A model generated the notes under the pieces. That model was not told the DNA's origin and did not search any database. It saw nothing but the letters and a program-made list of their open reading frames with translations. A program made the position numbers and the translations under genes. A stretch of 64,000 bases of DNA. It comes from an uncultured Caldisericales bacterium. GTDB lineage: Bacteria > Caldisericota > Caldisericia > Caldisericales > Caldisericaceae. Shown here one piece after another: positions 18,922 to 28,391 of the stretch. Positions within the stretch are counted from its first letter, which is position 1. The number at the start of each line of letters is the position of its first letter. The stretch spans positions 266,530-330,529 of the forward strand of contig CAZLBY010000002.1 in the NCBI GenBank assembly GCA_964558085.1, read 5' to 3'.

Positions 18922-19652
18922 TGGACTGGACGAAAGATTATTTTGATGAATTTTATCTTCGTTATTTTCTTCAAACTCAAAAAGAAGAAATAACAAAAAA
19001 ACAGGTAATTTTCGTTGCAAAATTTTTCGATGCAGGAAACTATCTGCTCGACGCCGGCTGCGGTATTGGTAGACACGCACTTTTACTGGAAAAACAGGGT
19101 TTTAAAATATTAGGAATAGATAGCTCTTCTCTATATATAAAATTAGCAACGGCTGAAGCAAAAAAAAGAGATCTCAAAAATGTACAATTTGTACAACAGG
19201 ACATAAGAAAACTTTTCCTTAAACATGAATTTAATGGAATATTGAGTCTCTGGTCCTCGTTTGGATATTTTGATGATGACACAAACTTTGATATTTTAAA
19301 GAGATTCTATAATTCATTAAAAAAAGACGGCAAACTCATCATTGACATTGAAAATAGAGATTACATTCTAAAATATTTTGTCCACGAAACTTTCAAAGAA
19401 AAAGAAGATATTTTCATCTTAGAAAGAAGACATTACCTCCCTCTTACCTCAATTGTCACAACTCACCGTTTCGTTGTCGGAAAAGATTTAAAAAAAGAAT
19501 ATTTGCGAAACATCCGCATATATTCCGTAGCAGAGATGGTCAATCTATGCCGAATTATTGGGTTTAAAAATATCAAAGTTTTTGGAGATTATACGGGTAA
19601 AAAATTTTCAGAAGATTCAAAACGAATCATAATCTGCGGCGAAAAACGTTGA
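18921..19652 (+). CDS. Class I SAM-dependent methyltransferase
   Basis: Motif I is LLDAGCGIGRHA. The 243-aa protein shares 1 nt between the psuG stop and its own start, indicating an operon. Confidence 0.65.
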   Translation: MDWTKDYFDEFYLRYFLQTQKEEITKKQVIFVAKFFDAGNYLLDAGCGIGRHALLLEKQGFKILGIDSSSLYIKLATAEAKKRDLKNVQFVQQDIRKLFLKHEFNGILSLWSSFGYFDDDTNFDILKRFYNSLKKDGKLIIDIENRDYILKYFVHETFKEKEDIFILERRHYLPLTSIVTTHRFVVGKDLKKEYLRNIRIYSVAEMVNLCRIIGFKNIKVFGDYTGKKFSEDSKRIIICGEKR

Positions 19653-19720
19653 CTCACGATAAAAAAATGCTAAAATATGACTGAAGCTGTAATATATATG
19701 AATAGGAGGGTTATCAGACG

Positions 19721-20131
19721 ATGTTAGTCACAACACTTGAAGGGTACGCAGTAAAAGCACTAATTTATCTTGCGAAAAAAAAGGATAACAGAGCAACAAT
19801 TAGAGAAATTTCAAAAGAAAACAATATTTCTTTTTCATATATCCTGAGAATCTGTTCAATGCTTCGCAGCAATGGCTTATTGGACAGTGTAAGGGGGAGA
19901 AGCGGAGGATATATCCTTACACGCAATCCAGCGGATATTTCTCTGTACGAAATAATACAAGCTGTTGGAAGAAAAACAGTAGAGATAAAGTGCAATTATG
20001 GGAAAAGAAAAGACATACCATGCATCACAACGGACTGCCTTGCTCTACTCCCATGGAAAAAAACAAAATTAAAAGTCGATAAGCTGTTTAAAAGTCTCTC
20101 ACTAAAAAATTTAATGGAGAATAAAAAATAA
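19721..20131 (+). CDS. Rrf2-family transcriptional regulator (IscR/NsrR-like)
   Basis: The protein has an N-terminal winged helix-turn-helix (GYAVKALIYLA…ISKENNISFSYILRICSMLRSNGLLDSVRGRSGGYIL). Cys residues are spaced C-x9-C-x4-C in the C-terminal half. Confidence 0.8.
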   Translation: MLVTTLEGYAVKALIYLAKKKDNRATIREISKENNISFSYILRICSMLRSNGLLDSVRGRSGGYILTRNPADISLYEIIQAVGRKTVEIKCNYGKRKDIPCITTDCLALLPWKKTKLKVDKLFKSLSLKNLMENKK

Positions 20132-20133
20132 AG

Positions 20134-21141
20134 ATGCCATTACAACAAACTCAAGTTGTTAATGTATTGAAAACAACATTTATCCCCGGATTAAAAAAAT
20201 TACTTCTTAGCGTCGGGACACTGCAAAAAATAGATGTTCGTGAAGATGAAGTCCTGATCTCTATTATGATTCCTAAAATTCCTGGTAAGGATGTTAATAC
20301 ACTTAAGGATACTATCACAAAAAGATTAAAAGACATAGGCGCAAAAAAGGTGGGATTAACTGTTTCATTTAAAACAGAACAAAAAATAAAAGACCTTATT
20401 GCCATCGCATCAGGCAAAGGTGGCGTTGGTAAATCCACCGTAAGCACAAATATTGCCATAGCGCTTGCAAAATCAGGCAAAAAAGTTGGTGTGCTTGATG
20501 CAGATATACACGGCCCAAACCTGCCTATTATGTTTGGTATCAATGAAAAACCTTTTGTTAACGAAAACAGAAGAATTATCCCGATAGAGCGATACGGAGT
20601 TAAAGTAATATCAATCGGCTTCCTGATTGACAGCCCCTCTACTCCTATCATATGGAGAGGCCCACTTGTAACAAAAGCTATCGAACAACTATACAATGAC
20701 GTAGAATGGGGAGAATTAGACTATCTCCTCATAGACCTCCCTCCCGAAACAGGAGATGCTGCACTTACCGTCATGCAAAGTTTACCACTTAAATACGGCA
20801 TAATAGTCACCACACCTCAAGATGTTTCCGTCGCTGACGCATCAAAAACATTAAAAATGTTTAGACAGATGAAAATACCCGTATTAGGCGTTATAGAAAA
20901 CATGTCTTCCTTTGTCTGCCCAAAATGTGGTGAAAAAACTGAAATATTTGGACACGGTGGGGGCGAAAAAATAAGTTTAGAAAACGAAGTGCCGTTTCTC
21001 GGCAAAATTCCATTAGAAACAAAAGTAAGAGAAGGTGGAGATAACGGTATGCCAACTGTTACATTGAGCGAAGAAACAGAAACTAAACATATCTTCATGA
21101 GTGTTGCAAAGAAAATTATAAAAAACACTCAAAAAGATTAA
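20134..21141 (+). CDS. Mrp/NBP35-family Fe-S cluster carrier ATPase (ApbC) with an N-terminal DUF59/MIP18-like domain
   Basis: The protein has a deviant Walker A motif ASGKGGVGKST and a CPKCG motif. Confidence 0.85.
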   Translation: MPLQQTQVVNVLKTTFIPGLKKLLLSVGTLQKIDVREDEVLISIMIPKIPGKDVNTLKDTITKRLKDIGAKKVGLTVSFKTEQKIKDLIAIASGKGGVGKSTVSTNIAIALAKSGKKVGVLDADIHGPNLPIMFGINEKPFVNENRRIIPIERYGVKVISIGFLIDSPSTPIIWRGPLVTKAIEQLYNDVEWGELDYLLIDLPPETGDAALTVMQSLPLKYGIIVTTPQDVSVADASKTLKMFRQMKIPVLGVIENMSSFVCPKCGEKTEIFGHGGGEKISLENEVPFLGKIPLETKVREGGDNGMPTVTLSEETETKHIFMSVAKKIIKNTQKD

Positions 21142-21142
21142 A

Positions 21143-22423
21143 ATGAAAAAAATTATCATCTGGATACTTATAGTAATTTTAGTGCTTGGCTTTGTATATG
21201 TAGCAAATAATATCTTAATAAAATATACAGAAAGCCAAACAAAGCTCTCCTCTCGATACATTCCGGATGTACCTTTTTTGCTCAAATTTAATCAAGAATC
21301 CGAACAATTTGCAAAAGAATGCTGCAACGCTCATCTTTTCATTTCGGATATAAATTTTAGCAACAGTTACTTAATGATTTTTGATGATGGTTCTCGTCTT
21401 GTCGCATCCAAAATAGAAAATAGTGTCATAAGAGAATTGGATAAAATAGCCATAATACTAAAATATAAAGAAGCATTTGAAATAAACCGAACCTGGGAAA
21501 GAGGTTTCCCCATTCTGAAAGCAAATAAAGCAGACAAAAAATATTTCATTTCAGGATGGAAAAATAATTTATTTATTGCTCAAAGCTCTAATGCGCTGAA
21601 CCACATATTCGATAGCATAACTCAAAAGGAAAATTTGTTATTTGATAATCCATTATTTAAGAAATTATGGGATGACGACGGTAGTTGTGTCTGTTTTACC
21701 ACAGAGCCGAAATGTCTTTTCGTCGAGGACATGTTGAACATACCTTTCTATAGTTTTAACTACCCATTAAGTTTTACAATAGAAAACGGAACAATAAACA
21801 TCCACTCAATCGCTGACCGCACCACAAAAAAGCTTTACATGCCAGTTTATAGCTTTGAAAATGCATTACTCGAAGTTGCGCTACCAGAGGCTGCAAACAT
21901 CAAGGAAAAGCTTATCGAAAGCGGACTATCTACCATTCTGGCAGAAAAAAGGGGAATCTTGATAGAGCAGTATTCCTTTTTCTCTTCACCTAAATCAGCA
22001 GAATTTATTCTTCATGGCAATGATGGATTTTCTTTCATTCTTTCATCGAATAGTCTTGAAAACGCAAAATATGACAACGAAATAAAAATGCATCTTCCTG
22101 AGGCCAAAATTATAGAAAACAAATTAGGTAATTACACGCTCCGTGAATATAAAGATAGTCATGCCAGTGTCTATACTTTAGGTCTTCCAAACCTGTTTAT
22201 GATCTCTACGGAAAAAGAAATCTTTGAAGAGATTATTTCAAGCAACAACAATCTCGAAAACAAATCTGCATATATAAAAGTAAAAAGTGAGTTCAATGAT
22301 TTAATCCTTCTCTATCATCTTAATTTAAATAAAGTTATTTTTCCTGATAATTTCACTCAATGCACTTTAATTCAAAAGGATGCTGCCCAAGAAATTGTAG
22401 AAACGGAGATAAAATTTCAGTAA
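21143..22423 (+). CDS. Hypothetical protein with a single N-terminal transmembrane anchor
   Basis: The 426-aa ORF is translationally coupled to apbC, with only 1 nt between the stop and the start. Its N-terminal hydrophobic helix is IIIWILIVILVLGFVYV. No family was recognised. Confidence 0.6.
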   Translation: MKKIIIWILIVILVLGFVYVANNILIKYTESQTKLSSRYIPDVPFLLKFNQESEQFAKECCNAHLFISDINFSNSYLMIFDDGSRLVASKIENSVIRELDKIAIILKYKEAFEINRTWERGFPILKANKADKKYFISGWKNNLFIAQSSNALNHIFDSITQKENLLFDNPLFKKLWDDDGSCVCFTTEPKCLFVEDMLNIPFYSFNYPLSFTIENGTINIHSIADRTTKKLYMPVYSFENALLEVALPEAANIKEKLIESGLSTILAEKRGILIEQYSFFSSPKSAEFILHGNDGFSFILSSNSLENAKYDNEIKMHLPEAKIIENKLGNYTLREYKDSHASVYTLGLPNLFMISTEKEIFEEIISSNNNLENKSAYIKVKSEFNDLILLYHLNLNKVIFPDNFTQCTLIQKDAAQEIVETEIKFQ

Positions 22424-22474
22424 TTACAAATAAGATTTTTCCTTAACTTTCAAGATGACTGATGTAAAACTAAA

Positions 22475-22521
22475 ACAACTTCTACTCTCTGGTTTGCCCT
22501 GACACAGAGAGAAGAAGTTGT
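22475..22521. terminator. Long imperfect hairpin (17-bp stem with 1 mismatch, 13-nt loop) between convergent genes; probable bidirectional terminator
   Basis: Direct reading gives ACAACTTCTACTCTCTG…CAGAGAGAAGAAGTTGT. Confidence 0.5.
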
Positions 22522-22540
22522 TTGTTACTAAAATCTAATT

Positions 22541-23938
22541 TTAAGGTTTGCCGGGTGATTCTTTGCCCTGACTATTGCTATTTTCGTTTGAGTTATCAGT
22601 ATTCTTTCCTTCCTCTTTTAGCACAATAATCTTTTCTACACTTAGAGGTTCGCCTTCTTCTTGTTCTGTTCCAATAATTTCAACACTGTCGCCTACATTT
22701 ATATCGCTAAATTCCGCTTTCCCATTTGAAATAATAAGCGTATCCTCGGAAATTTGAAAAAGCATATCACAACCAATAATAGCCAGTATGCCATCATCCG
22801 GATTAACAAAGCTTACTTCTCCTTTAAATGTTTCCTTCTTGGGCTTTGATTGCTCATTATTGTTTGCTCCGTTGTTTTCTTCGCTACCCTCTTCATTTTC
22901 TGCCTTTTCAAGAATAACAATTGAAGTTGCATGATAAACATCCCCGTCTTTTCGTATATGAATCTGCACCGTTACACCAGCTTCTAAAGATTCTATACCT
23001 ACTCTTCCTTCACCAGTTCTCTGGATTTTTGTATACTCATCTACAAGAATTCCACCTTCAAAATCGCTTATTGTTAAGATGCTGCCATCAAAGGAAACAA
23101 TAGCACTCCTTAATTCAAACTCTTTTGTTTCTTTTTCTGGAACATTATTTTCCTTCATGTTAGTTAAAACAAGAATTGACTTAGCTTCAAAAACATCCTC
23201 TATTTTTGATGCTTTTACCAGCAACTCATTTCCAATAGAGAGGTCTTCTACGGCAACAGATTTCCCTCTACATTCAATAATGGTTTCTTCTGTCAATAAA
23301 ATCTCTGTTTCATTCACAATAATTTTGCTGCCATCTATATTGTTTAGAATTCCTTTTATAACAACAAATTTCAACTGATTTTGATTCTCTTCTCTATTTT
23401 CTTCTCTATTTTCTTCTCCTTCGCCATTACCGTCCTCTTCGTCAGCAACATGTTGGGCTTGTTTCAGTGTATTTTTTATGCTATTTACAGAAATATTAAG
23501 CTCAGACAAAATTTTCCCCCATCCCATTTTTTCATTTCTCATCTCAATAATTTCGTTGACTGACACTTCAGATTCTTTAAGCAACGCAACAATAATGATG
23601 CTGTCGGCAGGGGAAAGGTCTTGATTCTCTAACTCCTCGATTATCCAGCCCTCAGTACTGAGAGAACCGTTGAAAGAATTTGCCGCCCGTTCTAAGTTAA
23701 GCCCCGCAACAACCTGTGGGAGTGTACCACTCTTGCCAAAAACAGGGGCAACCGAACTAATTACAAGAAAAGCTGCAATAGCCACGCTAACAAGCCCCAA
23801 TAAAAATTTCCTTTTATGAATCGATCTTTCCTTCTTTTCAATCATTCCTAACAACCTCCCCTCCATGTTTTCATTTAATTGAAGCCCGTTCTTAAAATCG
23901 TTAAAAATATCTTTTAATTTATCATCAGATTGTTTCAC
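22541..23938 (-). CDS. Putative anti-sigma factor or membrane protein with extracytoplasmic DUF5666-like repeats and an acidic low-complexity tract
   Basis: It lies immediately downstream of, and overlaps by 14 nt, the ECF sigma gene. It has a cytoplasmic N-terminus, one transmembrane helix (LLGLVSVAIAAFLVISSVA) and repeated beta-rich modules. It also contains an EENREENREEN tract. Confidence 0.55.
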   Translation of the reverse strand: MKQSDDKLKDIFNDFKNGLQLNENMEGRLLGMIEKKERSIHKRKFLLGLVSVAIAAFLVISSVAPVFGKSGTLPQVVAGLNLERAANSFNGSLSTEGWIIEELENQDLSPADSIIIVALLKESEVSVNEIIEMRNEKMGWGKILSELNISVNSIKNTLKQAQHVADEEDGNGEGEENREENREENQNQLKFVVIKGILNNIDGSKIIVNETEILLTEETIIECRGKSVAVEDLSIGNELLVKASKIEDVFEAKSILVLTNMKENNVPEKETKEFELRSAIVSFDGSILTISDFEGGILVDEYTKIQRTGEGRVGIESLEAGVTVQIHIRKDGDVYHATSIVILEKAENEEGSEENNGANNNEQSKPKKETFKGEVSFVNPDDGILAIIGCDMLFQISEDTLIISNGKAEFSDINVGDSVEIIGTEQEEGEPLSVEKIIVLKEEGKNTDNSNENSNSQGKESPGKP

Positions 23939-24428
23939 TGTTAATCACCTCCTTTAATTTTTTCCTCGCTCTAAAAAGCCTCGACTTAACACTTCCCTCT
24001 TTTTCGTTGACAAGTACACTAATTTCTTTAACAGATGTGTTGTCTAGATAATGAAGCACCAGCACAAGACGATCTTTCTCATCTAACTTTTTAAGCGCTT
24101 CTTGTACCAACTCTTTGGTTCCCTCATCCTTTGCAAAGGAAGTTTCTTTTGTTATCACTTTTCTCTTCTGTCGCATCTGCTTAAATGCATAATTTATTGC
24201 AATTCTTTTCATATATGCCAGAATGGATTTCTCGGGATTTATTCTTTTTCTAACTACATAAAGCTTAAAATATGTATTCTGAACAACATCCTCGGTATCT
24301 TCATTTGATAAAAGATAAGCATAAACAATACTATAAACATACCTGACAGTTAATCGATAAAACTCAGTAAAAGCATCTTTATTTCCATCCTTAATTTGCA
24401 GAACAAGCATTTTTAACTTATCTTCCAT
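23925..24428 (-). CDS. ECF-type RNA polymerase sigma-70 family factor
   Basis: The 167-aa protein has a region-2-like segment (FTEFYRLTVRYVYSIVYAYL) and a region-4 helix-turn-helix (VLVLHYLDNTSVKEISVLVNEKEGSVKSRLFRARKKL). Confidence 0.8.
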   Translation of the reverse strand: MEDKLKMLVLQIKDGNKDAFTEFYRLTVRYVYSIVYAYLLSNEDTEDVVQNTYFKLYVVRKRINPEKSILAYMKRIAINYAFKQMRQKRKVITKETSFAKDEGTKELVQEALKKLDEKDRLVLVLHYLDNTSVKEISVLVNEKEGSVKSRLFRARKKLKEVINSETI

Positions 24429-24636
24429 CTTCCACTCCTATAAATTATATCCTTTACCCGGTAAAAAGGTTTCATTAATATAATTTATTATATCAATTTT
24501 TTTGATACACACTAAAACAAATGATAAATAAAGGCTAAATATCTTTTTCATTGATTTTTTTAATATTTTCTCTATAATCTTACTTGAAAAGTAAAGTATT
24601 AACCTATACAATAATGAAAAAATTGGAGGCCCATAT

Positions 24637-25317
24637 ATGACTAATGTTTCTATTGCGATAGCACTGCTTGCCGGGATTTTATCTTTTGTTTCGCCATGTG
24701 TCCTGCCACTTATCCCTGCATATATTTCTTACATATCAGGAGTATCGCTACAGGAAATGCAATCCGGAACTGCATCAACAAAAAGAATTACAATCAGTGC
24801 GATTTTATTTGTTTTGGGTTTTTCAACAGTTTTCATTGCTCTTGGTGCATCTGCCACTACTCTTGGTAAACTGTTAGCAACAAATATGAGGACGTTCCGC
24901 ATTATTGCAGGTAGTATTATCGTCTTATTCGGTTTGCACATTATTGGTATCATCAAGTTAAAATTCTTAAATTACGAGAAAAAAATACAAATAAAAAGCA
25001 AAAAAACTTCCCTGATAGGAGCATATTTAATGGGATTCGCCTTTGCATTTGGCTGGACACCATGCGTTGGTCCTATCCTTGGGGCAATACTCGCAGAAAC
25101 AAGCACATACACCACTATGAGCAAAGGAATTATCCTGCTCTCATTTTATTCGCTCGGACTGGGTATTCCCTTTATTCTCACAGCAATCGCCATTAATAAA
25201 TTCTTTTTCTTATTTAAAAGAATCAAGAAATATTTTCATACTATTGAAATTATATCCGGACTACTCCTCATTTCCCTTGGTCTCTTGCTTATTTTTGGAA
25301 ATAGCATACACTTTTAG
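24637..25317 (+). CDS. ccdA: Cytochrome c-type biogenesis / thiol-disulfide electron transfer membrane protein CcdA (DsbD family)
   Basis: The protein has six transmembrane helices. It carries the Cys motifs FVSPCVLPLIP and GWTPCVGPILG. Confidence 0.8.
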   Translation: MTNVSIAIALLAGILSFVSPCVLPLIPAYISYISGVSLQEMQSGTASTKRITISAILFVLGFSTVFIALGASATTLGKLLATNMRTFRIIAGSIIVLFGLHIIGIIKLKFLNYEKKIQIKSKKTSLIGAYLMGFAFAFGWTPCVGPILGAILAETSTYTTMSKGIILLSFYSLGLGIPFILTAIAINKFFFLFKRIKKYFHTIEIISGLLLISLGLLLIFGNSIHF

Positions 25318-25320
25318 AAT

Positions 25321-25710
25321 ATGAGCAAACTAAGGCAAGCCCGAATAGAATCGGCAATAAAAAGAGAAGTTGCAAAATATTTACTTGGACTGGATGACTT
25401 GAGATTGAGAGGCATTACTATTACATATGTCGATCTCTCTAACGATCTTCGTTATGCAAAAATTTATTTCACTGCAATCAACAACGAAGATAGAAGCCAG
25501 GAAATTTTAGATGCTCTCTCGCATGCCGCAAAAAGAATACAAAAGGATATAGCTCATAGACTAAAATCTATGAGACTCGTCCCACTTATTTCGTTCCATT
25601 TTGACCTTTCAATACAAGAAGGAGACAAAGTAATAAATATACTCAATAAGGTTAAAGAGGAACTACAAAACAAGGAAGAACAAAGCAATGAAAAATCACC
25701 AGCTAATTGA
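25321..25710 (+). CDS. rbfA: Ribosome-binding factor A
   Basis: The 129-aa protein follows the RbfA pattern (RIESAIKREVAKYL…ITITYVDLSNDLRYAKIYF…RLKSMRLVPLISFHFD). Confidence 0.75.
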   Translation: MSKLRQARIESAIKREVAKYLLGLDDLRLRGITITYVDLSNDLRYAKIYFTAINNEDRSQEILDALSHAAKRIQKDIAHRLKSMRLVPLISFHFDLSIQEGDKVINILNKVKEELQNKEEQSNEKSPAN

Positions 25711-26665
25711 AATCAGCAATGTACTAAAAAAATATAGTAGTTTTGCAATATTCAGTCATGCAAATGCTGATGGCGATGCATTCGGCTCTATACTCGGTCT
25801 CGGTATGTCCTTAAAACTCCTTGGCAAAAAAGTTTCTTATTTTCTACCTGAGCCAGTACCAAAGGAGTACGCGTTCCTTAAGGATTACGATTTAATTAAC
25901 GCGACTCATTTAAACCATAACGATGTCGGTATACTATTAGATTCATCGGATATAGGAAGAATAGACCAGCTCGGTGCACATTTTAAATCTTTTGATGTGA
26001 CAATAAATATTGATCACCACATAGCGAATGATTATTTTGCAACCTATAACTATACGGACAAGAATGCCCCCTCTACTACATGCATTGTATTAAAACTCAT
26101 AGAGGACGCACAACTTCCAATTAATTCAGATATAAGCAATGCGCTTTATCTAGGCCTCCTTACAGATACAGGCTCATTTCACTATGCCAATACAACAAAA
26201 AACGCTTTTTTAGCTGCAACAAAACTCGTTAAATATGGTGCAGACCCTTCATCTATGGCAAAAAAAATCTTTGAAGAGGAAACATTAGCGCACCTCAAGC
26301 TCATCGGCATTGCACTTGAGCGGATGAACTTGAGAAATAAAATAGCCTTTTCATATGTCACTTATGCTGAGATGAAATCTCTAAACGCATCAGAAGCAGA
26401 TGCAGAAGACATTATAAACCTGATTAGAAAATATAAAGATGCAGATGTCGCTATTCTTTTTAAAGAAGTCGACAATAAAGTAATAAGAGTAAGTTTGAGA
26501 AGCAAACGTAAAAATATCAATGTGCAAGATATTGCAGTTTTATTTAATGGAGGCGGACATGCAGCAGCTTCAGGCTGTACAATACACGGAGATTTGCACG
26601 AAGCAATGGAGCAATTACTCTCAACAACAGAAATTATGATAAAAGATGTTGATAAAAACAAATAA
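25688..26665 (+). CDS. nrnA: DHH/DHHA1 phosphoesterase (NrnA-like oligoribonuclease / pAp phosphatase)
   Basis: The protein carries the DHH motifs HANADGDAFGS and NIDHHIAND and a DHHA1 GGGHAAASG motif. The ORF overlaps rbfA by 23 nt, so the true start may be a downstream Met. Confidence 0.8.
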   Translation: MKNHQLIEISNVLKKYSSFAIFSHANADGDAFGSILGLGMSLKLLGKKVSYFLPEPVPKEYAFLKDYDLINATHLNHNDVGILLDSSDIGRIDQLGAHFKSFDVTINIDHHIANDYFATYNYTDKNAPSTTCIVLKLIEDAQLPINSDISNALYLGLLTDTGSFHYANTTKNAFLAATKLVKYGADPSSMAKKIFEEETLAHLKLIGIALERMNLRNKIAFSYVTYAEMKSLNASEADAEDIINLIRKYKDADVAILFKEVDNKVIRVSLRSKRKNINVQDIAVLFNGGGHAAASGCTIHGDLHEAMEQLLSTTEIMIKDVDKNK

Positions 26666-26794
26666 TATCCAATCGCTTTCTGCAAATAAAACCAAATTTA
26701 TTAGATTTCCCTCAAAAAGGACAAAAAACCAGATTGTATTAATCGCCTTCAGTTGTAATTGCGTAAATAAAAAAATAAACCGAGAGGAGGAAAA

Positions 26795-27709
26795 ATGGAA
26801 AAAAATAAAATATTCGGTATTATCATTTTTATACTAATAATTTTTGTAGTATTATTTTCAATATTTAAAAGCAATACCCATACTCCTTCTGCCTTCACTA
26901 ATCCTGTGCGAACAGGCGATAATATCTCACTCATTAAAATTGAAGGAACAATAGGGACAAGCACCCTTGGCGAACAAGGGATATCGCCAGATAATATAAA
27001 AAAGTTGCTTAATGAGGCAAAATCAGACGCATCTAGGGCATTAATCATCCAAATAGATAGCCCCGGGGGTGCAGTAGAGCCAACACAAGAAATCTACAAT
27101 AATATACAGCAGTTCAAAGAAGAAACAGGGAAAAAGGTATATATATCGATGAGAAGTGAAGCAGCATCAGGTGGGTATTACATCGCATGCGCCGGAGATA
27201 AAATCATTGCTATGCCAACAACTTTAACAGGAAGCATTGGTGTAATTATGAGACTTACAAACTATCAAGGATTACTTGAAAAAATTGGATTAAAAGAAAC
27301 GATAATAAAAAGTGGCATATATAAAGATATAGGTTCGCCTACAAGAGATATTACAGAGGAAGAACAAAAAATGCTACAAGACATTATTGATGAAACATAC
27401 ACCCAATTTTTTGATACGGTTTTCAAAGCAAGAAATATTCCTTTGGACGATCTTAAAAATATAGCCCAGGGGCAAATATACACCGGGATACAAGCCAAAA
27501 GGTTAGGCCTTGTAGACGATCTTGGAGATTTACAGGATACAATTGAAATCGTTAAAAAAGATTTGAATATTCAGGGAACACCAATCATTATTACTCATGA
27601 AAAAAAACAAAGTATCTTATCCTTATTAAATTTTAAAAGCAATATTCCCGAACTTAATTTACTTAACAGTCTTAAGCCTGTAAAACTCGAATATATTATG
27701 ATTCCATAG
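26795..27709 (+). CDS. sppA: Signal peptide peptidase SppA (S49 family, 36K type)
   Basis: The protein has an N-terminal transmembrane helix. The catalytic-Ser region is MRSEAASGGYYIACAGDKI, and the protein also contains GSIGVI. Confidence 0.8.
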   Translation: MEKNKIFGIIIFILIIFVVLFSIFKSNTHTPSAFTNPVRTGDNISLIKIEGTIGTSTLGEQGISPDNIKKLLNEAKSDASRALIIQIDSPGGAVEPTQEIYNNIQQFKEETGKKVYISMRSEAASGGYYIACAGDKIIAMPTTLTGSIGVIMRLTNYQGLLEKIGLKETIIKSGIYKDIGSPTRDITEEEQKMLQDIIDETYTQFFDTVFKARNIPLDDLKNIAQGQIYTGIQAKRLGLVDDLGDLQDTIEIVKKDLNIQGTPIIITHEKKQSILSLLNFKSNIPELNLLNSLKPVKLEYIMIP

Positions 27710-27720
27710 GAGGGACAAAA

Positions 27721-28389
27721 ATGAATATAATGTTTGAATTAATCTGGTTAACAATAACACATCCAAAAGAAGCATTTAAGCGCATAAGAGAAAAAAGACC
27801 ATTATATGCCGCATTAATATTTCTCCTTATCTACGGCTTAGTCTCAATAGTTGCCGGCTACATTGCAAACAAAAGCAATCCTATCCTGCTTCCACAAATA
27901 TCTGACAGTGCAATAGCTCCATACATTGGAGAGTTTTCAGAGAATTTAAACAACCTTATTAGCGGATACTTTTCTTCCATGTTCTTTTTTGCTTTCGGAC
28001 TCATTACCCCGTACTTAACCACTTTTATTTCAACCGCAATTTACGATTTAATTGCTCAGTTCTTTGTAAAGAAGGGAGCTGGCATTACGTTATTTATTGC
28101 ATGGAGCTTTGCTGCCATACCAATGCTTGTATACAAAGTGCTTAATCTTACAACTCTTGCTATCTTTAGTTATAGTTTGCCAGTATACATCGAACTAATT
28201 TTTATTATATGGAGCATATATATATATATAACAGCAATTAAAGAAACATATGAAATAAACACAGGCTTATCTATCGGTGTCTACTTCACCCCGATTATAG
28301 TAATTTTTGTGTTGCTTATAATCTACATGGCTCTACTGTTTCCTTTAATTAGCGAATACTTGCTGTCAATGGTACCGGGAATTATTTAA
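27721..28389 (+). CDS. Yip1-domain membrane protein
   Basis: The 222-aa protein has five predicted transmembrane helices. Its N-terminal cytosolic segment matches the Yip1/DUF1282 architecture. Confidence 0.5.
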   Translation: MNIMFELIWLTITHPKEAFKRIREKRPLYAALIFLLIYGLVSIVAGYIANKSNPILLPQISDSAIAPYIGEFSENLNNLISGYFSSMFFFAFGLITPYLTTFISTAIYDLIAQFFVKKGAGITLFIAWSFAAIPMLVYKVLNLTTLAIFSYSLPVYIELIFIIWSIYIYITAIKETYEINTGLSIGVYFTPIIVIFVLLIIYMALLFPLISEYLLSMVPGII

Positions 28390-28391
28390 TT

